The notes beneath the pieces are model-generated. The model had not been told where the DNA came from. It made no database searches and worked only from the letters and a program-made list of their open reading frames with translations. 64,000 nucleotides of DNA. It comes from Thermaceae bacterium (GTDB lineage Bacteria > Deinococcota > Deinococci > Deinococcales > Marinithermaceae). The position numbers and the translations under genes were made by a program. The stretch spans positions 5,690 to 69,689 of the forward strand of contig JAMOVS010000002.1 of assembly GCA_027061845.1 (NCBI GenBank). The letters run 5' to 3'. This document shows positions 15,239-25,123 of the stretch, one piece after another (the stretch's first letter is position 1; every line of letters starts with the position of its first letter).

Positions 15239-17931
15239 GCCTGGTCCCGGCCGAAGTACTCCTCCAGCTGGTCGGCGGTGATCAGCACCTCGCGGGGCTT
15301 CGAGCCCTGGTGGGGGCCGACGATGCCCATGGCCTCGAGCAGGTCCATCAGCTTGCCGGCGCGGGCGTGGCCCACCGAGAGCCGCCGCTGCAGCCGGGAG
15401 ACCGAGCCCTGGCCCTCCTCGACCACGATGCGGGCGGCCTCCTCCAGGAGGGGGTCGGAGAAGTCGAGCCGGCCGCCCTGGGCGGCGGCGGTGGGGGCGC
15501 CCGAGGGGGTGAAGAGGCCGGGGCCGTCGAAGTCGGCGCCGTATTTCTCGCCGAAGGCGTCCTCGAAGGTCTGGGGGCGGAGGTAGCCGGTGATGCGGTG
15601 GATCTCGGCGTCGGAGAGGTAGGGGCCCTGCAGGCGGACCGGCTTGGCCAGGCCGGGTTGGTAGAAGAGCATGTCGCCCTGGCCGGTGAGCCGCTCGGCG
15701 CCGGTGGCGTCCAGGATGGTGCGGGAGTCGTGGCTGCTGGAGACCGCGAAGGCGACGCGGGCGGGGATGTTGACCTTGATCAGGCTGGTCAGGATGTCCA
15801 CGCTGGGGCGCTGGGTGGCCAGGATCAGGTGCATGCCGGTGGCCCGGGCCATCTGGGCCAGGCGCAGGATCGCCTGCTCCACCTCCTTGGGGCTGGTGAT
15901 CATCAGGTCGGCGAGCTCGTCGATCACGATCACCAGGTAGGGCAGGGTGGGCTCGCCCAGCTCCTTCATCTTCTTGTTGTACTGCTCCAGGCTGCGCACC
16001 CCGACCTTGGACATCATCTTGTAGCGGCGCTCCATGTGGGCCACCGCCCCCAGCAGCACCCCGGCGGCGTCGGCGGGGTCGGTGACCACCCCGCGGACCA
16101 GGTGGGGGATGCCGTCGTAGGGGGTGAGCTCGACCATCTTGGGGTCGATCATCAAGAGGCGGAGCTCGGTGGGCAGGTACTTGAAGAGCAGGCTCATCAC
16201 CAGGGCGTTGATCGCCACCGACTTGCCCGAGCCGGTGGAGCCGGCGATCAGGAGGTGGGGCATCTTGGCCAGGTCCCGGACCCAGAACCGGCCCTCGATG
16301 CTCTTGCCCAGGATCAGGGGGAGCTTGGCCCGGCTTCGTTGGTAGCTCTCGTCGCGGATGGCCTCGGAGAAGCGCACCAGCTCGCGCTCGGCGTTGGGGA
16401 CCTCGAGGCCGATCACGCTCTTGCCCGGGATCGGCGCCTCGATCCGCACCACCCCCACCGCCAGCGCCCGGGCCAGGTCGTTGGCCAGGCTCTGGATGCG
16501 GGCGATCTTCTCGCCGGGGGCGGGCTCGATCTCGTAGCGGGTGACGGTGGGACCGCGGGCCCAGGCGACCACCTTGGCCTTGAGCCCGAACTGGGCCAGG
16601 GTCTGGTTGATGATCTCGGCCCGCTCGGCGGCCTCGGCCTCGAGGGCCTTGGGGTCTTTCCTCGGCTTCTCCGGCGGGTCCAGCAGGTCCAGAGGCGGCA
16701 GCGAGAGACCGCTCGGGGCCTTGGGCGGCTTGGGCTTGGCCGCGGGTTTGGGGGCGGGGGGCGGGGTTTCGCTTGCCCCGGTCGCCGCCTCCTCCTCCGC
16801 GATCTTGGGCGGCGGCTCGGCCAGGCCGGACTGGGCCAGGAGCTGGGCCCCGGCCTCGATCGCCTCCTCGGGGGCGTTTTCCGCCCAGGCGCGCCAGGCC
16901 CACCAGTTCTCCGCCCGGGTCTTGACGTCGAGCCACTGCTTTTCCAGCTCCCGCCAGCGCCTTTGGCGGGCTTCGAAGGCCTTTTGCTCGGCGTTCAGCC
17001 GCTCGGGCAGGCGGCCGAGGGCCTTTTGGCCCTCGCGCTCGAGGGCGTCGGCCTTGGTCTTTAAGGCCTTTAGCTCCAGAAAGAGCGCCCGGCGGCGGGC
17101 CTCGAGCTCCTTCAGGAGGGGGTTCTTCCCGGCCTTGAGGGGCTTTTTGAGGAGCTCCTGCTCCCGCTCCAGGTCCCCGGTCCAGGGCGGGAGCTCGGCC
17201 TCGATGGCGGCGGCGAGCTCCTCGGCCCGGCCCCGCTGGAACTCCTGGAGCAGGGCCTTGAGCTCCCCGAGCCGTTCCCCGGCGGGGCGCCGGGTCAGGG
17301 TCTTGAGGTCGGCCTCGAGGTCGGCGAGCAGGCGGTGCTCGGGGTAGCGCGCGAGCAGCTCCCGCACCTCGGCCAGCAGCGCCCGCGCCTCGGCCCGCAG
17401 CCGGCCGCGCTCGCTCCTCAGCTCCAGCCGCCCGGCCAGCCAGCGGCCGGCGGCGAGCAGGCCGCGCCCCAGCGCCCGCAGGGTGGAGAAGGGGCGGCGG
17501 TCGAAGAAGAGTTCCAGGAAGACCAGCGCCAGCAGCAGGGGAAGCACCAGCCCCACCGCCCCCAGCGGTTCGTGCAGGCGCCGGTAGCCGATTTCGCCGA
17601 GCTTCCCCGCCCAGTCCGGCGAGACCGGGTAGGAGAGCGGGAGCAGGGCGAGCACGGCGAAGGTGCCGTAGGCGATCTTCCGCAGTACCCGGCGCAGGGG
17701 GAGCCGCCGCAGGGCGGCGTAGGTGCCGTAGAGAAAGGGCAGCGGGAGCAGCCAGGCGGCCCAGCCCAGGGTCTCCTTCAGCGCCGCCTTGAGCGCCTTC
17801 CCCAGGTCCCCGGAGAGCGGGGGCTCGGGCCAGAGGCTGGCGGCGAAGAAGAGGAAGGCGCCGGCGAGCAGGAAGGCGAGGGCCTCGAGGTCGCCGCTGG
17901 GGGGAGCTTTCTTGGTCCGCTTCCGCGCCAT
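15235..17931 (-). CDS. ftsK: DNA translocase FtsK/SpoIIIE
   Basis: N-terminal TM helices, a long coiled/Pro-rich linker, motor domain with Walker A GSTGSGKS, and a C-terminal gamma winged helix ([24 protein letters not shown]). I prefer the ATG at 17931 (MARKRTKK); the ORF-track TTG at 17982 would place a strong hairpin inside the coding region. Confidence 0.9.
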   Translation of the reverse strand: MARKRTKKAPPSGDLEALAFLLAGAFLFFAASLWPEPPLSGDLGKALKAALKETLGWAAWLLPLPFLYGTYAALRRLPLRRVLRKIAYGTFAVLALLPLSYPVSPDWAGKLGEIGYRRLHEPLGAVGLVLPLLLALVFLELFFDRRPFSTLRALGRGLLAAGRWLAGRLELRSERGRLRAEARALLAEVRELLARYPEHRLLADLEADLKTLTRRPAGERLGELKALLQEFQRGRAEELAAAIEAELPPWTGDLEREQELLKKPLKAGKNPLLKELEARRRALFLELKALKTKADALEREGQKALGRLPERLNAEQKAFEARQRRWRELEKQWLDVKTRAENWWAWRAWAENAPEEAIEAGAQLLAQSGLAEPPPKIAEEEAATGASETPPPAPKPAAKPKPPKAPSGLSLPPLDLLDPPEKPRKDPKALEAEAAERAEIINQTLAQFGLKAKVVAWARGPTVTRYEIEPAPGEKIARIQSLANDLARALAVGVVRIEAPIPGKSVIGLEVPNAERELVRFSEAIRDESYQRSRAKLPLILGKSIEGRFWVRDLAKMPHLLIAGSTGSGKSVAINALVMSLLFKYLPTELRLLMIDPKMVELTPYDGIPHLVRGVVTDPADAAGVLLGAVAHMERRYKMMSKVGVRSLEQYNKKMKELGEPTLPYLVIVIDELADLMITSPKEVEQAILRLAQMARATGMHLILATQRPSVDILTSLIKVNIPARVAFAVSSSHDSRTILDATGAERLTGQGDMLFYQPGLAKPVRLQGPYLSDAEIHRITGYLRPQTFEDAFGEKYGADFDGPGLFTPSGAPTAAAQGGRLDFSDPLLEEAARIVVEEGQGSVSRLQRRLSVGHARAGKLMDLLEAMGIVGPHQGSKPREVLITADQLEEYFGRDQA

Positions 17932-17950
17932 CGCCAGGGCCAATTCTAAA

Positions 17951-17970
17951 GGGCGCGGGAGGTCCCGCGC
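17951..17970 (-). terminator. GC-rich hairpin between ompH and ftsK (possible terminator/attenuator)
   Basis: GGGCGCGGGA/TCCCGCGCCC inverted repeat. It is followed by TTTAGAATT on the - strand and TTTTCTTC on the + strand. It is intergenic only if ftsK starts at 17931. Confidence 0.4.
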
Positions 17971-17992
17971 CCTTTTCTTCAAACGTCGGAGG

Positions 17993-18493
17993 CTACTTCT
18001 TCAACTTCTTCAAGGCCTCGATCACCGCCTGGGTGATGTCGGTGTCCGGGGCGGCGTAGACCACCAGGTTCGACTGCGCCGCCACCCGCCGGTTCATGAT
18101 CACCGCGAAGCCGAGCTCCTGGGCCACCTGGGCGACCACCCGGTCCACCTCCTTGATGATCGGGTCCAGCTTCTCCTGGATCTTCGGCCCCCACTTCTCG
18201 CTGACCTTCTTGGCCGCCTCGGTGAGCACCTGGTAGTCCTCCCGGTCCTTGGCGGTGGCCTGGCCGCTGGCGATCTTCTTCTCCAGGGCACGGAGCTTTT
18301 CCAGGATCGGCTTGAGCTCGGCGTCGGCCTGCTCCTGGAGCTTGGCGATGGCGCCGTAACCGGGGTGGGCGCGGATCACCGCCTCGGCGTCGACGAAACC
18401 TACCCGGACGGGGGTGTTCTTGTTCTGGGCCAGCGCTGCGCCAGCGAGCGCTAAAACCGCGATGGCAAGCGATAGAATCCACGAACGCTTCAT
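17993..18493 (-). CDS. OmpH/Skp-like periplasmic chaperone
   Basis: Signal peptide [22 protein letters not shown], then a Lys/Glu-rich coiled region (166 aa) typical of the OmpH family. Confidence 0.8.
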   Translation of the reverse strand: MKRSWILSLAIAVLALAGAALAQNKNTPVRVGFVDAEAVIRAHPGYGAIAKLQEQADAELKPILEKLRALEKKIASGQATAKDREDYQVLTEAAKKVSEKWGPKIQEKLDPIIKEVDRVVAQVAQELGFAVIMNRRVAAQSNLVVYAAPDTDITQAVIEALKKLKK

Positions 18494-18558
18494 GCCGCGA
18501 GGGTATCAGGGGGGCGTGAAGGCGCTGTGAGAGGGACGTTTGTTTAAAGTTCAGCTTC

Positions 18559-18564
18559 TATAAT
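18559..18564 (+). promoter_or_regulatory. -10-like hexamer upstream of the CBS/ACT gene
   Basis: Perfect TATAAT 23 nt upstream of the GTG start at 18587, with SD GGCAGGAGG in between. No convincing -35 element. Confidence 0.3.
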
Positions 18565-18586
18565 CGCGGGCAGGAGGTTTGAAAAC

Positions 18587-19231
18587 GTGCTGGTACGGGA
18601 ATGGATGACGCCGGATCCGGTGACGATTACCCCCGATACCCCCGTCCTGGAGGCGATCAAACTTCTCAAGGAGAAGGGTTTCCGGCGCCTGCCGATCGAG
18701 AAGGACGGCAGGCTGGTGGGGATCGTCACCGACAAGGACTTGAAGGACGCGATGCCCTCGAAGGCCACCACCCTCTCGGTCTGGGAGCTCAACTACCTGC
18801 TCTCCAAGCTCACCGTCGAGGAGGTGATGGCCAAGCCGGTGATCACGGTGCAGGCCGACGAGCCCCTGGAGGAGGCGGCGCTGCTCCTCGAGGAGTACAA
18901 GGTCGGCGGTCTGCCGGTGCTCGAGGGCAACAAGCTGGTCGGCATGATCACCATCACCGACGTGCTTCGGGCCTTCATCGAGGTGATGGGCATGCGCGAG
19001 GGCGGCGTGCGCATCACCTTCGACGTGCCCGACCGGCCGGGGGCGCTGGCCAAGGCGGCCCAGGCGGTGCCGCCGGCGAACATCGTCTCGGTGGCCACCG
19101 CCGGCAAGCACGAGGGCATGCGCCGGATCGTCATGCGGGTGACCGGCGAGGACGCCGAAGGCGTGCCCGAGCGCCTGAAGGCGGCGGGCGAGGTCCTGGT
19201 GGACGTGCGCAAGACCGACCCGCGCCTCTAG
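18587..19231 (+). CDS. CBS-pair plus ACT domain protein (AcuB-like)
   Basis: Two CBS motifs ([38 protein letters not shown]; [42 protein letters not shown]) and a C-terminal ACT-like fold. Confidence 0.8.
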   Translation: MLVREWMTPDPVTITPDTPVLEAIKLLKEKGFRRLPIEKDGRLVGIVTDKDLKDAMPSKATTLSVWELNYLLSKLTVEEVMAKPVITVQADEPLEEAALLLEEYKVGGLPVLEGNKLVGMITITDVLRAFIEVMGMREGGVRITFDVPDRPGALAKAAQAVPPANIVSVATAGKHEGMRRIVMRVTGEDAEGVPERLKAAGEVLVDVRKTDPRL

Positions 19232-19236
19232 GGTCC

Positions 19237-20250
19237 ATGCGACGCGGCCTCCTGCTTCTGCTCTTGCTGCTGGCGGCCTGCGCGCCCCAGCTCCGGGGGG
19301 TGGAGCCGGGGCGGATCCCCGGCCCCTACACCTGGGCGCCGCAACCGGCGCCGATGGAGTGGTGGTACGTCTCCGCCTACCTGCCCCAGGCCAAACTCGC
19401 CTTCCACTGGGCCTTCTTCCGCGCCTACGCCCCCCGGGGATCGAAGGTCTTCGGGCTCTCCGCCCGGCAGGTCTACCCCTACCCGCTGATCGCGGCCCAC
19501 CTGGCGGTGACCGACCTCTCCCGCGGCCGCTTGACCTTCTCGGAGCGCGACGACTTCCGCGACCCAAACGCCCGGGTCCGGGTCGCCGGCGACCCCCTGA
19601 CCCTGGTTTTCGACGACTGGAAGCTCTGGCAGCAGGGCGACGCCTTCCGGCTGGTGGCGGGGCCTTTGGACCTCTGGCTGGTGCCCCTGAAGCCGCCGGT
19701 GGTCCACCCGCCGGGGTACTCCGGCACCGCCGAGACCGGCCGGATGTACTACGTCTCCTACACCCGGCTCGCCCTCTACGGGAAGGTCGAGGGACGGCGG
19801 GTCCAGGGGTTTGCCTGGATGGACCACCAGTGGGGGGAACAGCTCGCCGGCCGCCGGGTGGGCTGGGACTGGTTCGGGCTCCACCTCTCCGACTGGAGCG
19901 AGCTGATGCTCTACCGGGTCCGGGACCTGGACGGCCGGGTGCGGGCGGTGCACGCCTCGCTGGTGCTGCCCTCGGGGGAGGTGCGAAAGCTCGAGGACGT
20001 CCGCATGGTCCCCCGGGCCTACTGGACCTCGCCCCATAGCGGCTACCGCTACGCGGTGGCCTGGGACGTCTTCGCCAAGGGGCTCAGCCTCCGCCTCGAC
20101 CCGCTGCGAAAGGACCAGGAGCTCCGCACCGAGAGCACCCGGGTGGCCTACTGGGAGGGCCCCTTCGAGGGCGGCGGCGAGCGCGACGGGCACGCCGTCC
20201 GCGCCCACGGCATGGGCGAGTTCGTCGGCGGTCCCTGGCCGCCCCGCTAG
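19237..20250 (+). CDS. Lipoprotein, AttH/CrtC-like (hydroxyneurosporene synthase-like lipocalin fold)
   Basis: Lipobox LLLLAAC. WWYVSAYL and MDHQWGEQ motifs resemble the AttH/CrtC family. The ATG at 19237 is in frame within the longer ORF-track entry 18601..20250. Confidence 0.6.
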   Translation: MRRGLLLLLLLLAACAPQLRGVEPGRIPGPYTWAPQPAPMEWWYVSAYLPQAKLAFHWAFFRAYAPRGSKVFGLSARQVYPYPLIAAHLAVTDLSRGRLTFSERDDFRDPNARVRVAGDPLTLVFDDWKLWQQGDAFRLVAGPLDLWLVPLKPPVVHPPGYSGTAETGRMYYVSYTRLALYGKVEGRRVQGFAWMDHQWGEQLAGRRVGWDWFGLHLSDWSELMLYRVRDLDGRVRAVHASLVLPSGEVRKLEDVRMVPRAYWTSPHSGYRYAVAWDVFAKGLSLRLDPLRKDQELRTESTRVAYWEGPFEGGGERDGHAVRAHGMGEFVGGPWPPR

Positions 20251-21644
20251 AGCCCGAGGTGGGCCCGGGCCGCCTTCAGGATCTTTTCCACCTCGCCGGG
20301 GTCCGGGGCCTCGACGTAGATGCGGAGCACCGGCTCGGTGCCCGAGGGGCGGAAGAGCACCCAGGCGTCCTCGCCCAGGTGCCACTTGACCCCGTCCAGG
20401 GTCTCCACCTTGGTCACCGGCCGGCCGGCTAAGGGCACCGGTTCCTTGGCCCGCTCCATGGCCCGGTCCTTCTCCTCGTTGGACTCGAGGTGCAGGTCGA
20501 GCCGGTCGAAGGCGTGCCGGAAGCCGACCAGACGCTCGATCTCGGCGAACTGCTCGGCCAGCGGCTTGCCCGTCCTGGCCACCGACTCCTGGAGCAAAAG
20601 GGCGTTTAAGATCCCGTCCCGCTCGGGCAGGTGGCCGATCACCCCGATGCCGCCGGACTCCTCGCCGCCGATCAGGACGCCGCCCTTCAAGAACTCGTCG
20701 GTGATGTACTTGAACCCGACCGGGGTGGTGACCACCTCGAGGCCGAGCTTTTCGGCGAGGAGGTCGATGACCTTGGAGACCGAGACGGTCTTCACCACCC
20801 GGCCGCGGTAGCCCTTGTCGAAAAGGTGCTTTAAGAGCACCGCGAAGATCTGGTGGCTGTTGAAGTAGCGGCCCCCCGCCAGCACCGCCCCGATGCGGTC
20901 GGCGTCGCCGTCGGTGACGGCGGCGAAGGTGGGGTCCTCCTCGTTCTTCATCAGCGCGAACAGGGTGGTGAGGTTCTTGGGGATGGGCTCGGGGTTGACC
21001 CCGTAGAAGAGCGGGTGGGGGGCGGCGTGGAGGTCGCGGACCTCGAGGCGGAGCTCGGCGTAGCGGGCGTAGCCCGAGATCCAGCCGCCGCCGGCCCCGC
21101 CCATGGCGTCGTGGTAGAGCACGCCCTCATACGCGCGCAGAAGCTCCAGGTCGAGCATCTCCGAGACCTTGCCGAAGTAGGGTTTTTGCACGTCGAAGCG
21201 AACGAGCTCGTGGGCGGAGGCGTCGTAGGCCGCCGGCGGGTTTTGGTCGATCCGCCCCTCCACCTCGGCGACGATCTCGGGCGTGGCCGAGCCGCCGTAG
21301 GGGCCCTTCAACTTGAAGCCGTTGTACTCCGGCGGGTTGTGGCTGGCGGTGATCATGGCGCCGCCGGCAGCGCCGTAGTGCACCACCGCGAAGCTGGTCA
21401 CCGGGGTGGGCACGAGCCTTTTGGCCACCCGCGCCTTAAGCCCGTTCGCCGCGAGCACCTTGCCGGTCACGAGGGCGAAGCGCTCCGAGAGGAAGCGGGC
21501 GTCGAAGCCCACCACCACCTCGCCGGCGCCCTTTTCCCGGAGGTAGTCGGCGTAGGCCTGGGCCACCCGGCGGAGGTTTTGGAAGGTGTAGTCCTCCGCG
21601 ATAATGCCGCGCCAGCCGTCGGTGCCAAAGCGGATCGGGTCCAT
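20247..21644 (-). CDS. Phosphoglucomutase/phosphomannomutase (alpha-D-phosphohexomutase)
   Basis: Phosphoserine loop TASHNPPEYNGFK, Mg site VTDGDADRIG and sugar-binding GEESGG. There is a 4-nt convergent overlap with the AttH-like gene. Confidence 0.9.
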   Translation of the reverse strand: MDPIRFGTDGWRGIIAEDYTFQNLRRVAQAYADYLREKGAGEVVVGFDARFLSERFALVTGKVLAANGLKARVAKRLVPTPVTSFAVVHYGAAGGAMITASHNPPEYNGFKLKGPYGGSATPEIVAEVEGRIDQNPPAAYDASAHELVRFDVQKPYFGKVSEMLDLELLRAYEGVLYHDAMGGAGGGWISGYARYAELRLEVRDLHAAPHPLFYGVNPEPIPKNLTTLFALMKNEEDPTFAAVTDGDADRIGAVLAGGRYFNSHQIFAVLLKHLFDKGYRGRVVKTVSVSKVIDLLAEKLGLEVVTTPVGFKYITDEFLKGGVLIGGEESGGIGVIGHLPERDGILNALLLQESVARTGKPLAEQFAEIERLVGFRHAFDRLDLHLESNEEKDRAMERAKEPVPLAGRPVTKVETLDGVKWHLGEDAWVLFRPSGTEPVLRIYVEAPDPGEVEKILKAARAHLGL

Positions 21645-21653
21645 GCCCCTATC

Positions 21654-22484
21654 TTAGGGGCCCAGGCGGTACCGGAAGAGCAGGTGGAGGTCGCGGCCCG
21701 CGGTCCCGGTCGAGAGGGCCAGGCGGCTGCCGTAAAGCAGCACCACGCCGAAGGCGCCGTGCTCCGCCCCCAGCCGGGCGCCGGCCCGGAGCTGGAGCCC
21801 CTCCCGGAAGCCGTACCCGAGCCCGAGATAGGGGCCGGCGAAGAAGCGCTCGATCCTGGCCTCGGCTCCGGCGAGGGCGCCGACCGCCTTCTCCCAGGCG
21901 AACCAGGCCGCCCCCAGCCAGGCCCGGTAGCGGGGGCCGAGGCGGCTATCGTACTCGGCCTCGAGGGTAAGCGGGGCCCCGACGCCGAGGGCGAAGCCGG
22001 CGGGTTCGGCGAGGGGGGGCTGGGGCAGTGGCTCCAGCGGGAGGCTCAGGTAAAGCCGGACGTGGCTTAGCAAGAGGGCCCAGGCCAGGGGATGGGCCAG
22101 CCATCCTCCCCGCACGCCTTGGGGTCCGATTTGCACCAGGTAGGGAAGGATGGGGGCGTACTCCAGGGTGAGCCCGGCCCCGTCCGGGAGCTCCCAGCGG
22201 TAGCCGAGGTAGCCGCCCAGGAAGAGCCCCAGGCCGTCGCCGAGGTAGCCGACGAGGCCCAAGCCGTAGCGAAGGGGGCCGCTTTGCCCCAGCACGCCGG
22301 CCTCGAGCACCGGGTTTGGCGCCGGCAGGTCCAGCCCGAGGCGAAGTCCCAGGTCTCGCTGCCAGTAGAGCAGGCCCAGGTTGACCGCCGGGGAGAAGCT
22401 GCGGGCCGACCCCAGGGTGAACTCGTAGCCCCCGGCCAGGGCGATCCCGAGCGCCGCCACCAGCGCGATCCAGGCCTTTTGCAT
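21654..22484 (-). CDS. Hypothetical signal-peptide protein, probable outer-membrane beta-barrel (276 aa)
   Basis: Signal peptide MQKAWIALVAALGIALAG and a Gly/aromatic-rich alternating pattern. It shares a motif with the 146-aa ORF at 24683..25123. Confidence 0.55.
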   Translation of the reverse strand: MQKAWIALVAALGIALAGGYEFTLGSARSFSPAVNLGLLYWQRDLGLRLGLDLPAPNPVLEAGVLGQSGPLRYGLGLVGYLGDGLGLFLGGYLGYRWELPDGAGLTLEYAPILPYLVQIGPQGVRGGWLAHPLAWALLLSHVRLYLSLPLEPLPQPPLAEPAGFALGVGAPLTLEAEYDSRLGPRYRAWLGAAWFAWEKAVGALAGAEARIERFFAGPYLGLGYGFREGLQLRAGARLGAEHGAFGVVLLYGSRLALSTGTAGRDLHLLFRYRLGP

Positions 22485-22523
22485 TCCGCAAACATTGTAG
22501 TCCCGGGGTAGACTCGTTCGCGC

Positions 22524-24668
22524 ATGGAGGAGTTGTTAGCCCCCCTCAACCAGGAACAGCGGCGCGTGGTCCTGCACCAAGGGGGCCCGGCGCTGGTGGT
22601 GGCCGGCGCGGGTTCGGGGAAGACCCGCACCGTGGTCTACCGCATCGCCCACCTGATCGCCGGCCGCGGGGTGCACCCGGCGGAGATCCTGGCGGTGACC
22701 TTCACCAACAAGGCGGCGGACGAGCTCAAGGCCCGCCTGAAGGCGCTGGTGGGGCCGCGGGCGGGCGACCTCTGGACCGCCACCTTCCACTCCGCCGCCC
22801 TCCGGGTGCTCCGGGCCTACGGCGAGCGGATCGGGCTTCCCAGGGGCTTTCCCGTCTACGACGAGGACGACCAGCTCCAGGTCATCAAGGAGGTGCTGGC
22901 GGCGCTGGGGGTCGAGGCCCGGCCGACGGCGGTCCGGGCCTGGATCGACCGGGTGAAGTCGCGCTCGGCGGGGGAGGGCTTCGAGCGGGCGCTCGCCGAG
23001 CTTCCCGACTGGGTGGCGGGGATCGGGCCCGGGACCTTCGCCGAGGTGCTCCGGGCCTACCAGGAGCGGATGCGCGCGCTCGGGGCGGTGGACTTTTCCG
23101 ACCTCCTCCTGCGGGCGATCGAGCTCTTCGAGGCCCATCCGGAGGTGCTCGAGCGGGTGCGTACCCGGGCCCGCTTCGTCCACGTCGACGAGTACCAGGA
23201 CACCAACCCGGCCCAGTTCCGCATCGTCAAGCTGCTCTACGCCGAGGGCTCGGAGCTGGTGGCGGTGGGGGACCCCGACCAGTCGATCTACGGCTTCCGG
23301 AGCGCCGACCTGGAGAACATCCTCCGCTTTCCCGAGGACTTCCCCGGGGCCAAGCTTTACAAGCTCGAGACCAACTACCGTTCCACCGAGGCGATCCTCA
23401 AGGTGGCGAACGCCGCCATTCGGAAGAACGCCGCCCGGATCGAGAAGGTGCTCCGGCCGGTGCGGCCCGGGGGCGATCCGGCAAAGCTCTACGCCGCCTT
23501 CGACCACCGCGACGAGGCCGCCTTCGTGGCCCGGGAGGCCCGGCGGCTGCTCGGGCGCTACCGCCCCGAGGAGATCGCGGTGCTCTACCGCACCAACGCC
23601 CAGTCGCGGGTGCTGGAGGAGGCCTTTCGCCGCCAGGGGGTGGCCCACCGGGTGGTGGGGGGCACCGCCTTCTTCGCCCGCCGCGAGGTCAAGGACCTGC
23701 TCGCCTACGCCCGGGCGGCGGTCGCCCCCGAGGACGAGGTCGCGCTCTTGCGCGTCCTGAACACCCCGCCCCGCGGGATCGGGGCCAAGACGATCGAGCG
23801 GGTCAAGGCCTACGCCGCGGAGAAGGGGGTGCCGCTTTACCGCGCGCTCCGGGAGGCCGGGAGCTACCTCGATCGGCGGGCGGCGGGGGCGATCGCGGCC
23901 TTCACCAATCTCTTGGCGGGTTTTCGCGAGCTCGCCGAGGCGCTGGGGCCGCGGGAGTTCTTCGAGGAGGTCATCGCCGCGGTGCGCTACCGCGAGTACC
24001 TGCTCGCCGACCCCGCCGGGGCCGAGCGGCTCGAGAACGTGGAGGAGCTCCTGCGCGCCGCCCGTGAGTGGGAGGAGGCGGGGGGCGGCGACCTGGCCGC
24101 CTTCTTGGACGAGGTGGCGCTCACGGCCCGGGCCGAGGAGCCGGGCAACGAGGCCGGCGGCGCGGTCAACCTGATGACCCTGCACAACGCCAAGGGCCTC
24201 GAGTTCAAGGCGGTCTTCCTGGTGGGGGTGGAGGAGGGGCTCCTGCCCCACCGCCAGAGCGTCACCGAGGCCGAGCTCGAGGAGGAGCGGCGGCTTTTCT
24301 ACGTCGGCGTCACCCGGGCGATGGACCTGCTTTACCTCACCCACGCTGGCGAGCGGGAGACCTACGGCAAGCGGGAAAAGGTGGAACCGAGCCGGTTTCT
24401 TCTTGAAATCCCGGAGGGGCTGTTGCAGCGGGTCCACTCCTTCGGCGAGGTGCTCGCGTCCCCTTCGACGGCGGCTTCGCGACCCCGGTCCCGGGAGGGG
24501 GAGCCGCTCGCGTTCAAGGGCGGCGAGCGGGTGCGCCACCCCCGCTTTGGCCTCGGCACCGTGGTGGCCGCCCGGGGCGAGGGGGCCAAGGCCGAGGTCA
24601 CGGTGCACTTCGAGGGCGTGGGGCTTAAAAAGCTGCTGGTCAAGTACGCCGGCCTCGAGCGGGTGTAA
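22524..24668 (+). CDS. uvrD: ATP-dependent DNA helicase UvrD/PcrA
   Basis: SF1 helicase motifs: AGAGSGKT, DEYQDT, TNYRST, TLHNAKGLEF and YVGVTRA. Confidence 0.93.
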   Translation: MEELLAPLNQEQRRVVLHQGGPALVVAGAGSGKTRTVVYRIAHLIAGRGVHPAEILAVTFTNKAADELKARLKALVGPRAGDLWTATFHSAALRVLRAYGERIGLPRGFPVYDEDDQLQVIKEVLAALGVEARPTAVRAWIDRVKSRSAGEGFERALAELPDWVAGIGPGTFAEVLRAYQERMRALGAVDFSDLLLRAIELFEAHPEVLERVRTRARFVHVDEYQDTNPAQFRIVKLLYAEGSELVAVGDPDQSIYGFRSADLENILRFPEDFPGAKLYKLETNYRSTEAILKVANAAIRKNAARIEKVLRPVRPGGDPAKLYAAFDHRDEAAFVAREARRLLGRYRPEEIAVLYRTNAQSRVLEEAFRRQGVAHRVVGGTAFFARREVKDLLAYARAAVAPEDEVALLRVLNTPPRGIGAKTIERVKAYAAEKGVPLYRALREAGSYLDRRAAGAIAAFTNLLAGFRELAEALGPREFFEEVIAAVRYREYLLADPAGAERLENVEELLRAAREWEEAGGGDLAAFLDEVALTARAEEPGNEAGGAVNLMTLHNAKGLEFKAVFLVGVEEGLLPHRQSVTEAELEEERRLFYVGVTRAMDLLYLTHAGERETYGKREKVEPSRFLLEIPEGLLQRVHSFGEVLASPSTAASRPRSREGEPLAFKGGERVRHPRFGLGTVVAARGEGAKAEVTVHFEGVGLKKLLVKYAGLERV

Positions 24669-24682
24669 AGATAGAGGGCGGA

Positions 24683-25123
24683 ATGCGGCGGGCGCTCGTT
24701 CTTTGGGTATTTCTTTCGCTGGCGCTGGCGAGCGGGCTGGATTTTTCGGTGGGGGTGCGGGAAGCGTCCGGCCGGCAGTTTCTCTCGTCGGTGGGCTTTA
24801 GCCTCGACGCCGGCCCGCTCTGGCTCCGCCTCGGGGTCCGCTTCGGGGCGCCGAACGGGGTTTTGGCCGAGGGGAGCGCGGTCTACCTCCTGCCCACGCC
24901 GGTGCTCAAGCTCTACGGCGGGGGCGGTTACGCCCTGGGGCTTACCCGGCGGGAGTCGGACGGGAGCTACCGCTTCGCGGTGGGGGAGGTGCAGCACCCC
25001 TTCGTGCTCGTCGGTCTGGCCTGGCCCGATCGCGGCTACCGCCCCTACCTCGAGGCCGCCTACTACCTCGGCGAGGACGCGTTCGTCCGCTACAGCGTGG
25101 GTTTCGTGATGGAGGTCTTTTGA
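24683..25123 (+). CDS. Hypothetical small signal-peptide protein, probable 8-strand-type outer-membrane beta-barrel (146 aa)
   Basis: Signal peptide MRRALVLWVFLSLALASG, alternating pattern and a C-terminal aromatic residue (..VMEVF). The stop overlaps the next gene's start (ATGA). Confidence 0.55.
   Translation: MRRALVLWVFLSLALASGLDFSVGVREASGRQFLSSVGFSLDAGPLWLRLGVRFGAPNGVLAEGSAVYLLPTPVLKLYGGGGYALGLTRRESDGSYRFAVGEVQHPFVLVGLAWPDRGYRPYLEAAYYLGEDAFVRYSVGFVMEVF

Noticed and set aside
12863-16936. 1357-aa ORF suggesting a giant protein that spans the ftsK region.
   Set aside because: The N-terminal ~566 aa are an off-frame, Arg/Pro/Gly-rich read-through across the well-supported ftsK frame. A signal peptide (MKRLLAF..) begins exactly at the ATG that overlaps the ftsK stop (15238), which defines the real 791-aa gene.
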